32,550 bases of DNA from Deltaproteobacteria bacterium (lineage in GTDB: Bacteria > Desulfobacterota > Desulfomonilia > UBA1062): contig JAGGYK010000288.1 in the NCBI GenBank assembly GCA_021162585.1, positions 1 through 32,550 on the forward strand. Direction: 5' to 3'. Below the pieces are notes generated by a model. That model saw only the letters and a program-made list of their open reading frames with translations, did not search any database and had not been told where the DNA came from. The translations under genes were made by a program, and so were the position numbers. Numbering within the stretch: the first letter of the stretch is position 1; every line of letters starts with the position of its first letter. Positions 1 through 9,584 of this stretch are shown one piece after another.

Positions 1-147
1 ATAGATACTGTATCCAAGTATTTTCATACCGGCCTTTATAGGACAAGAATTTAGAGTTAAATTATAAACAACTATCACGCATGATTGACTAATATAACCA
101 ACTATGGCAAGTTCTTGTCCTCAAGGTTAAGAAAGGGGGGGATAATT

Positions 148-945
148 ATGATGATCCCTGTTGGATTCATAGGCGCAGGTAATATGGGGCAAGCCTTAAT
201 AAAGGGAGTGACAAAAAAAGGTGTATATACATCTGATGACATAATTATATTTGATATAGCAAAAAATAGAACTGATAATCTTCGCTCGGAAACAGGGGTA
301 AAGGTTGCCTCATCGGCTGCAGACCTAGTAAAAAGGTCAAAGGTGGTTATCCTTGCAGTGAAACCAGATAAGATAATACCAGTAGTAAATGAAGTGAGAG
401 ATTTATTAAAGAATAAACTTGTAATATCAATCGCTGCAGGTATAGCCTTGAGTGTCTTATCAAATAGATTAGGTAAAGATGCCAGGATAATCAGGGTAAT
501 GCCTAATACGCCTGCCCTAGTCTTAGAAGGTGTATCTGGTATAGCATGCTCTGGGGCCTGCACTGATGAAGACATACAAGTGGCAAACACTATATTTTCT
601 GCAGTTGGAATATGCATAAGTCTGGAAGAAAACCTCTTGGATGCCATAACTGGGCTTTCTGGCTCAGGGCCAGCATTCTGCTTTATGTTTATAGAGGCCC
701 TAGCAGATGGAGGGGTAAGGGCAGGGCTGCCCAGGGATATTGCATTAAAGATAGCAGCAGCTACACTAAAGGGATCAGCCCAGTTAGTGCTGGAGACCAA
801 CAATCATCCTGGATCATTAAAAGACATGGTAACATCACCTTCAGGCACTACAATAGAAGGCATATCAGTCTTAGAAAAAAGGGGGTTTAGGTCTGCGGTT
901 ATGGATGCAGTCTTTGCTGCATACAAAAGGTCAAAAGAAATGTGA
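148..945 (+). CDS. proC: pyrroline-5-carboxylate reductase
   Basis: ORF 85..945. It has the N-terminal Rossmann motif GFIGAGNMGQALIKG and the C-terminal P5CR signature SPSGTTIEG. The track start at 85 is a TTG. I moved the start to ATG 148, which lies 6 nt after a G-run Shine-Dalgarno (135-141). Confidence 0.9.
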   Translation: MMIPVGFIGAGNMGQALIKGVTKKGVYTSDDIIIFDIAKNRTDNLRSETGVKVASSAADLVKRSKVVILAVKPDKIIPVVNEVRDLLKNKLVISIAAGIALSVLSNRLGKDARIIRVMPNTPALVLEGVSGIACSGACTDEDIQVANTIFSAVGICISLEENLLDAITGLSGSGPAFCFMFIEALADGGVRAGLPRDIALKIAAATLKGSAQLVLETNNHPGSLKDMVTSPSGTTIEGISVLEKRGFRSAVMDAVFAAYKRSKEM

Positions 946-961
946 AAACCATAGTAAGCTT

Positions 962-989
962 TCAGCGATCAGCACTCAGCGTTCAGCCA
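962..989 (+). repeat. heptanucleotide tandem array (TCAGCNN)x4
   Basis: The units are tcagcga tcagcac tcagcgt tcagcca. The array starts 16 nt after the proC stop. Confidence 0.85.
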
Positions 990-1130
990 AAACAATATTT
1001 CGTGCTACATTTCACCCAGTCCTCGAATAGCTAACAATCTGGCAGGGTATGAACTTTAACGTATACATACAGAAAGAAGTAAAAGCCAATAATTCTAGCC
1101 CTTATCAGCTTTGAACCTGCAATCGCCTTT

Positions 1131-1158
1131 CTGACTATCGACTGTTGACTGACGACTT
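1131..1158 (+). repeat. heptanucleotide tandem array (NNGACTN)x4
   Basis: The units are ctgacta tcgactg ttgactg acgactt, with GACT recurring at exact 7-nt spacing (1133, 1140, 1147, 1154). Confidence 0.8.
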
Positions 1159-1188
1159 ATTTATGGACTATCAACAGACATTACCGCA

Positions 1189-1536
1189 TCATTCAATAGA
1201 ATTCTTTATGATCTCCACTACATCTTTAATAGAGTCCGCAATCTTTATAATAGACCTGTCTTCTGGTGTTATTTTATCCTCTTTTAACATGGTATTATCT
1301 ATCCAATCCAACAGTCCAGCCCAGTAGTCCTTCCCTATCATAATTACAGGAAATGGCCTGATCTTATCTGTCTGGATCAAGGTAAGGGCTTCAAAAAGTT
1401 CATCCAAGGTGCCAAATCCCCCTGGGAATATCACATATGCAATTGCATAGCGGATAAACATCACCTTTCGAAGCTTACTCTGGACTTCCGTGCAAAACCT
1501 ATCTGGCGCACCGCAAGAACCGGATGAACTCCGCAT
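1189..1536 (-). pseudogene. LOG / TIGR00730-family (lysine-decarboxylase-like) protein, C-terminal fragment only
   Basis: The 115-aa ORF carries the family motif PGGFGTLDELFEALTLIQT and the downstream helix. It lacks the whole N-terminal Rossmann half (GGGxGxM region) expected in 180-200 aa family members. The region upstream (1537-1640) is occupied by GAAC-type repeat words rather than coding sequence. Confidence 0.6.
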
Positions 1537-1756
1537 TCATCTCGGAATCGAACCTCTCTTTCATCAGCTTAACCCTGAACCCCGGAACTTTGAACCTGAA
1601 TAATTACAAAACTAAAAACAGAGCCTCGCTATAAGTTTTAAGAAGTTGAATTTCCTAAAAAACGTCGCAAGTCTTTTAAACAAAAGGTTTTGCGGACATG
1701 ACAATAAATTCTTTTGCCATTTTTGCAAGAACTTTACCACTAAGCGCCTAACAATA

Positions 1757-3394
1757 TCAATCCTCCATGCTAATCTTAACAGGCTTTACATACAAAAATC
1801 CCATTTCCTCAAGGGTCTTGGAATATGAAATTGCCTCCTGTTTTGTATCAAATACACCTATTGTTAACCTATACCAATTCCTACCTTGAGGGTCTACATA
1901 GGGGTATATTGTAGCATTAAACCCTTTACTAATCAGGTGACTAAATACTGCTTTGGCTTCTTCTATACTGTGATAGGATGCTACACTTACACTATATAAG
2001 GTGCTTGTTGAGCTGGATATGCTGGGTATTAATATCTTCTGTCCTTCATAGATTATGTCTATGTCCTCTATCCCCGGATTAGCTTCTTTAACATCCTTTA
2101 ATATTTCATCATTTACCTTGCCGTAATGTTCTATTGCAATATCAGCTAGCGTATCCCCTTCTTTTACAGTAATCCATACTTCTTTTGGCCTTTCTTGATC
2201 AATAAGTGGAGGTGGAATTGGAGGAATTGTTGTGTCTCCATAAGTACCTTGGGAGATTATATTTTGATTAGGGGAATCCACTCTGGCCTGCCGGCTAACT
2301 GTGACATCTGCATGAGTATCTTGGAGATTTGCATTTGTACTCTTATCAGGCACTGAGGATTGATAGACCCCACTTGACCCACTGGTTAATCCATCTGAAG
2401 CCACTGTGGTCTGAGGTGCAGCCATATCTATAAAAGATACATTACTATAATGTGCTGATCTAGGAAGTAAGTGCCATGCAACAACTCCTCCCCCACAGAG
2501 GGCAGTTATTAATATCGAGAACATCAACCAATTAAGATTCACTCTTATCCGCTTATGGGGGGCAGATAATCTTGAGGAAGGCATGTTCGTCTTTCCATAA
2601 GTACCTTCCATATCTGAGACAACCCTTTTTATAAGCTTGGCACCTATCTGGTGGGTATCTTCGGTATAAGCTGCAAGCATGGCATTATCACAAAGTATAT
2701 TTATAAGCCTTGGGAAACCTTTGGTTTGCTTATATATCTCTGCCATACCAGAAGATGTGAATATAGGCTTTGCCTTTGATTCATAACCTGCTACATTAAG
2801 CCTGTGTTCTATGTAATCTACAGTTTCAACACTATCTAAAGGCGGGATATGGTATTTAATACCTATCCTTTGTCTAAGCTGCCTCAGTTGATGCTTCTTT
2901 AACTTTTCGTTGAGCTCTTGTTGTCCCAGGAGCATTATCTGAACCAATTTTTCTCTTGGAGTCTCTATATTGGAGAGCAACCTTATTTCTTCCAACATCT
3001 CAACAGAAAGGCCCTGAGCCTCATCTACTAATAGAAGAGCTCCTCCGATCTCCTTGAGGCGATCTTCATAATCATGTAAATATTTTCTTGATCTCTTATC
3101 TTCAGGTATTCCTATGGCCTCACCCAAGAGAAAATAAAGGTTTTCTGGTCTTATGTTTGGATTTTTTATTACAACCCTGGGCATGCGGGCGGGTATCCTC
3201 ATTAAGAGTGCATTCATGATAGTGGTCTTACCAGTGCCTACCTCGCCTGTAATAACAACAAAACCTGTATTCTCCCTGATCCCATAGATTAAGTGAGCAA
3301 GGGCTTCTTTGTGGGCAGGACTCAAGTACAAAAATTTTGGATCAGGGGTAATACTAAATGGTTTTTTTCTTAACCCAAAGAACTCAGTATACAT
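1757..3394 (-). CDS. ExeA/GspA-like AAA+ ATPase fused to TM segment, LysM and SPOR peptidoglycan-binding domains
   Basis: The N-terminus FFGLRKKPFSITPDPKFLY, Walker A GEVGTGKTT and Walker B LLLVDEAQ match the ExeA/MshM/TIGR03015 type. It has one TM helix (WLMFSILITALCGGGVVAW). The LysM-like stretch is WITVKEGDTLADIAIEHYG...GQKILIP. The SPOR-like C-terminus is YSVSVASYHSIEEAKAV...WYRLTIGVFDTKQEA. The start is ATG, with a GAGGAA SD. Confidence 0.8.
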   Translation of the reverse strand: MYTEFFGLRKKPFSITPDPKFLYLSPAHKEALAHLIYGIRENTGFVVITGEVGTGKTTIMNALLMRIPARMPRVVIKNPNIRPENLYFLLGEAIGIPEDKRSRKYLHDYEDRLKEIGGALLLVDEAQGLSVEMLEEIRLLSNIETPREKLVQIMLLGQQELNEKLKKHQLRQLRQRIGIKYHIPPLDSVETVDYIEHRLNVAGYESKAKPIFTSSGMAEIYKQTKGFPRLINILCDNAMLAAYTEDTHQIGAKLIKRVVSDMEGTYGKTNMPSSRLSAPHKRIRVNLNWLMFSILITALCGGGVVAWHLLPRSAHYSNVSFIDMAAPQTTVASDGLTSGSSGVYQSSVPDKSTNANLQDTHADVTVSRQARVDSPNQNIISQGTYGDTTIPPIPPPLIDQERPKEVWITVKEGDTLADIAIEHYGKVNDEILKDVKEANPGIEDIDIIYEGQKILIPSISSSTSTLYSVSVASYHSIEEAKAVFSHLISKGFNATIYPYVDPQGRNWYRLTIGVFDTKQEAISYSKTLEEMGFLYVKPVKISMED

Positions 3395-3802
3395 GACATT
3401 CCTCTAAAATGTCATATCCCTGGACATACCTACAACTACACAGTGTGTTTGCGAATATACTATCTCCCATGTATCTAAACCTATTAAAGGGCTTCTCCAT
3501 ACAGCACATTTTCAGTATAACCTCTATTATATCAAGTGTATTTATACTTCTCCTATTCTTCTAACATCTTTTATAAATATCGGCTTCATCTTCTTTAATT
3601 ATAATTCAATAATATAAACTACCATGCCTGCATGGCAGCCATCCGCCAAGGGCGGAAAGGATGAAAATGTGTAAACGTCTTTTCCTTAACTCTACTAAAT
3701 CGTGAGGTAAAAAGTGAAGCTAATTTTCTTTGCCTCTCGACTACTTCAAGATTACTAAAAAATAATGATTGGTTAAATCTTCATTCCAGGTTTGTTGTAG
3801 AT

Positions 3803-5221
3803 TTATCCTTCTATCCCACACTCTTTTATCTTATAAAGCAAGGCCTTATAACTAATTTGAAGTATCTGCGCGGCCTTTTTCTTGTTCCAGTTGGTGCCTT
3901 GCAAGGCCTTTAAAATCATTTTTTCTTCTGCCTTCATCGAGGCATCTTTTGCTATCTTTTTCAGAGGAATCACACCCATGCCATCAGGGGTATTATCTCT
4001 GGGTCTCCCTTGATATCTTCTGCCTTGATGCCCTTTGTGTCCAATAGAGTCACTCTCTATCAGATATCTTTTGAAATCATTCATACCCTCTAGAATCACC
4101 AAACGCTTTACTAAATTTTTAAGCTCTCTAACATTACCAGGCCAGCTATAATCAAACAACAATGGATATATCTCATCCTTGTCTACATGTATCATCTTAC
4201 CGTACTTTTCATTATATATATCTAGAAAATATTCAAACAAAAGTGGGATATCTTCGATCCTTTCTTTCAAAGAAGGTACATATATATTCACTACATTTAG
4301 TCTATAATATATATCCTCTCTAAACTTGCCCTCTTCCACCTCCTTTTTTAAATCTTTATTGCTGGCAGTGATAATCCTAACATTCACATGAACATCTTGT
4401 TTCCCACCCAATCTAGCAAAAACAGCATCTTGAAGCACTTGGAGCAACTTTGCTTGTATAGGCAAAGCAATCTCACTAATCTCATCCAGGAATATTGTGC
4501 CATTATTTGCCAGTTCAAACTTCCCTGCCTTTGCTCTGTATGCGCCGGTAAAAGCCCCTCTTTCATATCCAAAGAGTTCTGACTCAAGGAGCTCTGTGGG
4601 TAGAGCAGCACAGTTCACCTTTACAAATGGTTTGTCTGCCCTGCTCGAACTGTAGTGGAGAGACCTTGCTACCAATTCCTTGCCCGTACCACTCTCTCCT
4701 TGTATCAATATGCTTACATCTGTATCTGCTACCTGTTCAATGCTATCTTTTATCCTCTGCATCTTGGGGCTGACAAATACAAACTCACCTTTTTGCTCAT
4801 CGGCTCTAAGTCTTTTCTTTAGGCTGGATATCTCAGCCAGTAACCGCTTCTTTTCAAGGGCCTTAGATACAGCAAGTTCAAGCTCTTCCTCCTCAAATGG
4901 CTTTACAAGATAATCTGTTGCGCCTGCCTTCATGGCCTTTACAATAGTCTTTGTCTGACCCAGAGCGGAGAGCATCACTACTGGTAAATCTTTTGATAGT
5001 TTCTTTATCTCACCCAAAGCCTCCAGACCATCCATATCAGGCATCAAGATATCCAGTATAACAAGGGAGACTTCACTTCCCAAACGTAGCTTCTCCAATG
5101 CATCTTTGGCATCTGGAGATGCTATCACATCGTATCCCTTTTTGGTTAGGAGTTTTGAGATATACTTTCTAATCCCATCCTCATCATCTACTACCATTAT
5201 ACCAATCTTTTCTGTAGCCAT
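3803..5221 (-). CDS. sigma54-dependent response regulator (NtrC/AtoC family: REC + AAA+ + Fis-type HTH)
   Basis: REC domain with ILDILMPDMDG. Walker A is GESGTGKE, the sigma54-contact loop is GAFTGA, and Walker B is GTIFLDEIS. The C-terminal HTH is NKKKAAQILQISYKALLYKIKE. Confidence 0.9.
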   Translation of the reverse strand: MATEKIGIMVVDDEDGIRKYISKLLTKKGYDVIASPDAKDALEKLRLGSEVSLVILDILMPDMDGLEALGEIKKLSKDLPVVMLSALGQTKTIVKAMKAGATDYLVKPFEEEELELAVSKALEKKRLLAEISSLKKRLRADEQKGEFVFVSPKMQRIKDSIEQVADTDVSILIQGESGTGKELVARSLHYSSSRADKPFVKVNCAALPTELLESELFGYERGAFTGAYRAKAGKFELANNGTIFLDEISEIALPIQAKLLQVLQDAVFARLGGKQDVHVNVRIITASNKDLKKEVEEGKFREDIYYRLNVVNIYVPSLKERIEDIPLLFEYFLDIYNEKYGKMIHVDKDEIYPLLFDYSWPGNVRELKNLVKRLVILEGMNDFKRYLIESDSIGHKGHQGRRYQGRPRDNTPDGMGVIPLKKIAKDASMKAEEKMILKALQGTNWNKKKAAQILQISYKALLYKIKECGIEG

Positions 5222-5265
5222 ATTTTCTGCCTATTTTTCTGAACTTAAGTATTTGATAGAATACA

Positions 5266-7260
5266 TTAATTATCTTGAGGACTCAAGGGAATTGTTACAA
5301 CAAAATGCCCACCTTTGTTGGAAGTCTCTGCCCAGACCTCGCCTCCATGGGCATGTATTATCTCTCTGGTTATAGCAAGTCCTAAACCTATGCCACCTTT
5401 GGCCCTGCCCACCTCACCTACATAAAATTCACTGAATAAAGACCTTGCCTCCTCTGGTTTAATGCCAGGCCCCTGATCCATGATCGATATTACCACACGA
5501 CCATGGGCAAAAAGATCACTAATAGATTTCGTCTCTCTAGACTTTATATGATTAACCCGAATATGCACTGTATCACCTCTAGGTGAGTATTTTATAGCAT
5601 TATCAACCAGATTTGTAAGGGCCTGCTCAATCCTTATGGGATCTATATAGACCTCCGGTATGTCTTGGTCTGACTCAAGAATTAGCGATACACCCTTATC
5701 ATTTGCCCTGATCTGAAGATCACGTATCGTATGCCTTATCAGATCCAGGATATTTAAGGGGTGTCTATACATTTTTATCTTATCTGAATTGAGTCTGGCA
5801 AAATCCAAAAGGGAATTACTAAATTCTAAAAGTTTTCCGCAATGTCTCTGAATCTCTGAAATAAAGTCTCTTTGTTCGCTTGAGAAATTGTTTTCTCCAA
5901 CTTTTGAGAGCATACTTGCATACCCCTTTATTACAGTTAGGGGCGCCCTAATCTCATGAGATGCGATATTTAAGAATCTGGATTTAAGACTTAGCAACTC
6001 CTTTTTACTGGTAATATCCCTTACTACACCTACAAAACAAGGCCTGTCCTCTATAATCAATCTTCCTATGCTTATCTCCAAATCCAGCCTTCTGCCATCC
6101 TTCTTTATCCCCTGGATCTCCAGATTTGGTATGAATATATTTCCTTGTCTGGATCTTAGTGCCTCAGTAATTGTCTTTATGGACCCCAGTGTTACAAAAT
6201 GTCTAAAGTGCCTATTTAAAAAATTTTCAGCGTCATAGCCAAGCATCTCCTGCAACTTCTTGTTGGTGAGCAAGAAACGTCCATCTCTTATTATGTAAAC
6301 AGCATCAATGGCATTCTCTACCATATCCTTATATTGATCCTTAACACGGGTAAGCTCCTTTTCCTTAAATCTCTCTGCGCTTACATCTCTAACACATATC
6401 AGGGTTTGCCAGGTTGGTTTAAGGGGAAGTATTGCTAGTTCAAGATTCAAGACACGCCCATGAAGAGATACATCTATGGACCTATCTTTCATTTCAGGTC
6501 CTGCATCATTTATTATATCAGTGTCTATAAATTCACGTATATTATCTCCTGACTTTAAATGAAAAAGTTCAACTGCCTTTTTATTGATAGTGGTAATTAC
6601 ACCATCAGGGCTGACAGTGAGAATGCCAATAGACATATAATTGAAGATCTTAAAGATCTTTCTCCCAAATTCCTCAAGCGCCCGATCTGTCATGGAGAGG
6701 TCTTCTCTTAACATCTTATTTATGTCTTCAATATCACTCATAGTCCTTGCGTTTCTCAATGCTAGTGCAGCAGGATGAACAAGGACATCCAACAAGGACA
6801 GATCAGACTCAGTAAACACCTCTGGGACTGAATGACTCAAATTCAGTACGCCCACGAGTTCTTTATCTCCATATAAAAGGGGTATACTCAACATAGAGCC
6901 TATCTTTACCTTGATATCCCTTGATTGAAACAGTGGATCTTCTCTTGTGTCAGTAATAATAATAGGTTCTTTGCTAAGGGCAACCATGCCAGCAATACCC
7001 TCTCCTATTGAAAATACATCTCCTATGGGATCTTCAGAATATCGTGACCGCAAATCCCTGGCACCCCTTGCAGCTCGAATCTCAAGACATGTTTTATCAA
7101 ATGAGGGCATCATAATTGATGCATTTTCGGCTGCAGTCTCTTCGATTACAATATCTAGTATAGCGCTAGCCACTGCTTTTATATCAGGGGCATACCTGAT
7201 CGCTTGATTAACCTTTTTCATTACAGATAATTCCTGTCGCAAGCGTTCAATATCGTCCAT
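5266..7260 (-). CDS. soluble sensor histidine kinase (GAF + two PAS + HisKA + HATPase_c)
   Basis: No obvious TM helix. The N-terminal region is GAF-like, followed by two PAS-like blocks. The H-box is SHEIRAPLT, the N-box is LTNLVDNAIKYS, and the G-boxes are DQGPGI and GGIGLGLAI. It lies 44 nt upstream of the NtrC-like regulator. Confidence 0.85.
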   Translation of the reverse strand: MDDIERLRQELSVMKKVNQAIRYAPDIKAVASAILDIVIEETAAENASIMMPSFDKTCLEIRAARGARDLRSRYSEDPIGDVFSIGEGIAGMVALSKEPIIITDTREDPLFQSRDIKVKIGSMLSIPLLYGDKELVGVLNLSHSVPEVFTESDLSLLDVLVHPAALALRNARTMSDIEDINKMLREDLSMTDRALEEFGRKIFKIFNYMSIGILTVSPDGVITTINKKAVELFHLKSGDNIREFIDTDIINDAGPEMKDRSIDVSLHGRVLNLELAILPLKPTWQTLICVRDVSAERFKEKELTRVKDQYKDMVENAIDAVYIIRDGRFLLTNKKLQEMLGYDAENFLNRHFRHFVTLGSIKTITEALRSRQGNIFIPNLEIQGIKKDGRRLDLEISIGRLIIEDRPCFVGVVRDITSKKELLSLKSRFLNIASHEIRAPLTVIKGYASMLSKVGENNFSSEQRDFISEIQRHCGKLLEFSNSLLDFARLNSDKIKMYRHPLNILDLIRHTIRDLQIRANDKGVSLILESDQDIPEVYIDPIRIEQALTNLVDNAIKYSPRGDTVHIRVNHIKSRETKSISDLFAHGRVVISIMDQGPGIKPEEARSLFSEFYVGEVGRAKGGIGLGLAITREIIHAHGGEVWAETSNKGGHFVVTIPLSPQDN

Positions 7261-7308
7261 AAAATACCCTACCCAAGGTATGTATCAAAAATCTTTGTGC
7301 ACAATTTT

Positions 7309-8787
7309 TTACCTGTTTTTCCTTTTTGCCTTTTTTGCTGTCTTTCTTTTGTTCTTCTTCTTTTTCAAATCAACCAATGCCTGCTTTTTCTGTCTTGGAA
7401 TACCCCCCCCTAATAGATCCGCGATATTTTCATCACCCATTCCCAGTCTGGCCAATGCCTTTTTCTTTCCTGTAAGCCCTTTGCCTAGATTCCTCATAAC
7501 TTGCCGCATGGTCTTGAACCTATTAACAAGTTCTACCACCTGCGACTTGGCCTGCCCGCTCCCAGAGGCAATCCTTGTGACACGACTATCATCCAAACAA
7601 CCAGGATGCGTCCTCTCATATGGGGTCATAGACATTATTATAGCCTCGACCCTTATCAATTCCTTGTCATCCACTCCCTGGCCCTGGGGCAAAGCGCCCA
7701 TGCCAAGCGGCAACTTCTCTACTATATCGGAAAGAGAACCCATTTTCTTGATAATCTTTAGCTGTTTCAGAAACTCATCAAACGTAAAGTCCCCTTTAAG
7801 TATCTTTTCAGCATCTTCTTCAGCCTTCTCGTCCACCACATCTTCAAAGTCTTTTACCAGACCTACTACATCGCCATAGCCTAGTATTCTAGAAGCAAGC
7901 CCTTCAGGTCTAAACTCCTCTAGGCGATCCAGAGCTTCACCTATGCCTATAAACTTTATAGGCTTATCAGTTACTTCTTTTATAGAAAGGGCAGCGCCAC
8001 CTCTTGCATCGCCATCTAGTTTCGTGAGGATAAAGCCGCTCATATCAAGTCTGCGATCAAACTCTTTTGCCACATTTACAGAATCCTGACCTATCATAGC
8101 ATCTACAACAAGCAATATATTATCAGGATTGGTAGCATCCTTGATCTCTTCAAGCTCTTCCATCAATGTTTCGTCTATAATGCTGCGACCAGCAGTATCA
8201 AATATCACCACATTACAACCCTTAAATTGGGCGGCATCTAATGCATCCTTGCAAATCTGTGGCGGATTCTTTCCAGGGGCATAAAAAACAGGTATATCCA
8301 ATCGCCCACCAAGAACCTTTAGCTGCTCTATAGCTGCTGGTCTATATATGTCTGCAGCAACCATCATAGGCTTTTTGCCCTGCTTCTCAAGATATCTCGC
8401 AAGCTTTGCTGCTGTAGTAGTCTTACCACTGCCTTGAAGCCCCACCATCATAATGACAGTAACCGCCCTGGGACCAAAGGCAAGTGATGAGTCCACAGGT
8501 CCCATAAGTGAGACCAGTTCGTCGTAACATATCTTGATAAAATGTTGGTGGGGAGTGACCTTTAGCTTCTTTCCTCCATGAGAGACCTTGGTTTGGACAA
8601 TCTCTCCAAGGGCCTTTATCTTGACCCTATCTAAAAACGCCTTTACTACATGAAACTCCACATCTGCCCCAAGCAAAGAAACACGTATCTCCCGCAGCGC
8701 GTCTTCAATGTTCTTCTCCGTAATAATGGCTTTACCTTGAAGTAGATGGTGAGCCTTTTTAAAGCCATCTGATACCATTTCTAACAT
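7309..8787 (-). CDS. ffh: signal recognition particle protein Ffh
   Basis: SRP54 N and G domains (GLQGSGKTTTAAKLA, DTAGR, TKLDGDARGGAALS). The M-domain is methionine-rich, and the tail is lysine-rich. An AGGAGA SD lies about 6 nt before ATG 8787. Confidence 0.95.
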   Translation of the reverse strand: MLEMVSDGFKKAHHLLQGKAIITEKNIEDALREIRVSLLGADVEFHVVKAFLDRVKIKALGEIVQTKVSHGGKKLKVTPHQHFIKICYDELVSLMGPVDSSLAFGPRAVTVIMMVGLQGSGKTTTAAKLARYLEKQGKKPMMVAADIYRPAAIEQLKVLGGRLDIPVFYAPGKNPPQICKDALDAAQFKGCNVVIFDTAGRSIIDETLMEELEEIKDATNPDNILLVVDAMIGQDSVNVAKEFDRRLDMSGFILTKLDGDARGGAALSIKEVTDKPIKFIGIGEALDRLEEFRPEGLASRILGYGDVVGLVKDFEDVVDEKAEEDAEKILKGDFTFDEFLKQLKIIKKMGSLSDIVEKLPLGMGALPQGQGVDDKELIRVEAIIMSMTPYERTHPGCLDDSRVTRIASGSGQAKSQVVELVNRFKTMRQVMRNLGKGLTGKKKALARLGMGDENIADLLGGGIPRQKKQALVDLKKKKNKRKTAKKAKRKNR

Positions 8788-8988
8788 TGCCTATCTCCTA
8801 ATGCTTGTAAGAAGTCTTTAATGCTATCTAACATTCACATAAGATGTCAATAGTACTAATCACAGGAGCTACCCTCATTTTTAAAGATCGGACTTTTCTC
8901 ATAGGAAGCCCTCGGCACTTCCGCCTCAGACAGATCAGATTTCAACAACAGGTTGAACGTGTGAACATTAGTTGCTTTCTTTATCTCA

Positions 8989-9009
8989 CTGATAGCTGAA
9001 TGCTGAATC
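8989..9009 (-). repeat. heptanucleotide tandem array, TCAGCNN family in reverse orientation (x3, plus a shifted 4th unit)
   Basis: The plus strand reads ctgatag ctgaatg ctgaatc, whose reverse complement is gattcag cattcag ctatcag. It lies in the ffh/hotdog divergent gap. Confidence 0.8.
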
Positions 9010-9105
9010 GCTGCAATCATGATTGATTTTATATTCAACATCTGTTAATATTTCTTACCAAACTATAATTTAATTCTTAATATCTGTTAGTCAAGGGGGT
9101 TAATC

Positions 9106-9573
9106 ATGGATTATATGTCATTAAGGTCATCTTTTACAGATACAATACCATGGGTAAAGATGAGTGACATCAGTGTAGATCTCCTGGAAGAGCGCCACGT
9201 AAGGTTATCAATACCTGTAAAAGAAAAACATCTTAATCATGTAGGAATAGTTTATGCTGGGACACAATTTATGCTTATGGAGATCTCTGGTGCAGCCCTC
9301 TTCGTTTGCACGTATGGTATTGAACAATTTGTCCCAATAAACAAAGGGATGTCCATAAGATATCTAAAACCTGCTGTAGACGATCTCATATGCGATCTGA
9401 GCATAAACAAAGAAGAAGCTATGACCAAAATCAAACCAATTGAAGAAAAGGGCAAGGGTGATTGGGTGCTGGATATGTCGATCTCTGATACATCAGGTAA
9501 TATTGTATCAAGTTCTACCTGTAATTATTATATTATCCCCATACCTAAAGATCTTATGCCAAAGATGGCTTAA
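9106..9573 (+). CDS. hotdog-fold thioesterase-like protein (PaaI / DUF4442 / YiiD-C class)
   Basis: At 155 aa it has the size and pattern of a single hotdog domain (NHVGIVYAGTQFMLMEISGAALF ... GMSIRYLKPA). An AGGGGG SD precedes the ATG. The family was assigned by eye only. Confidence 0.55.
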   Translation: MDYMSLRSSFTDTIPWVKMSDISVDLLEERHVRLSIPVKEKHLNHVGIVYAGTQFMLMEISGAALFVCTYGIEQFVPINKGMSIRYLKPAVDDLICDLSINKEEAMTKIKPIEEKGKGDWVLDMSISDTSGNIVSSSTCNYYIIPIPKDLMPKMA

Positions 9574-9584
9574 GGAGGTGAGAT

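Noticed and set aside
40-68. A sigma70-like promoter for proC (AGGACA-17 nt-TATAAA).
   Set aside because: The spacing is good, but such matches are frequent in AT-rich sequence and nothing else supports it. It is not reported as a feature.
102-803. A 233-aa ORF antisense to proC. Similar long antisense ORFs occur at 7280..7879 (opposite ffh), 15244..15840 and 15844..16233 (opposite UPF0104/arnB), 19326..19745 and 19941..20318 (opposite arnT-like-2), and 23299..23736 (opposite arnT-like-3).
   Set aside because: Each lies entirely inside a confidently identified gene on the other strand. They have low-complexity or compositionally odd translations, no recognisable motifs and no SD. They are typical shadow ORFs.
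1544-1554. ggaatcgaacc, the complement of the tRNA T-arm consensus GGTTCGATTCC. It could be a tRNA gene or an att-site remnant.
   Set aside because: The flanking bases cannot form the 5-bp T-stem (only 2 of 5 pairs), and no acceptor or anticodon arms can be drawn. At most it is a fossil fragment, so it is mentioned only under the LOG finding.
3395-3802. I searched the 408-nt gap upstream of the ExeA-like gene for a sigma54 promoter or a terminator. It contains the hairpin ccgcc-aag-ggcgg at 3643-3655.
   Set aside because: No GG-N10-GC element with flanking consensus was found on the coding (minus) strand. The 5-bp hairpin has no U-tract on either strand.
1757-7260. Interpreting the ExeA-like ATPase plus the sigma54 two-component pair as the PEP-CTERM/exosortase module (TIGR03015 ATPase, PrsK/PrsR).
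   Set aside because: No exosortase, PEP-CTERM protein or EPS genes are in the window. The kinase is soluble GAF-PAS rather than the multi-TM PrsK type. The idea cannot be supported from this sequence.
8856-9041. A 61-aa ORF in the ffh/hotdog divergent gap.
   Set aside because: Its reading frame runs through the reverse-oriented TCAGCNN heptamer array and GAAC words (the AAIQHSAISE stretch is just repeat translation). It has no SD and no family resemblance.
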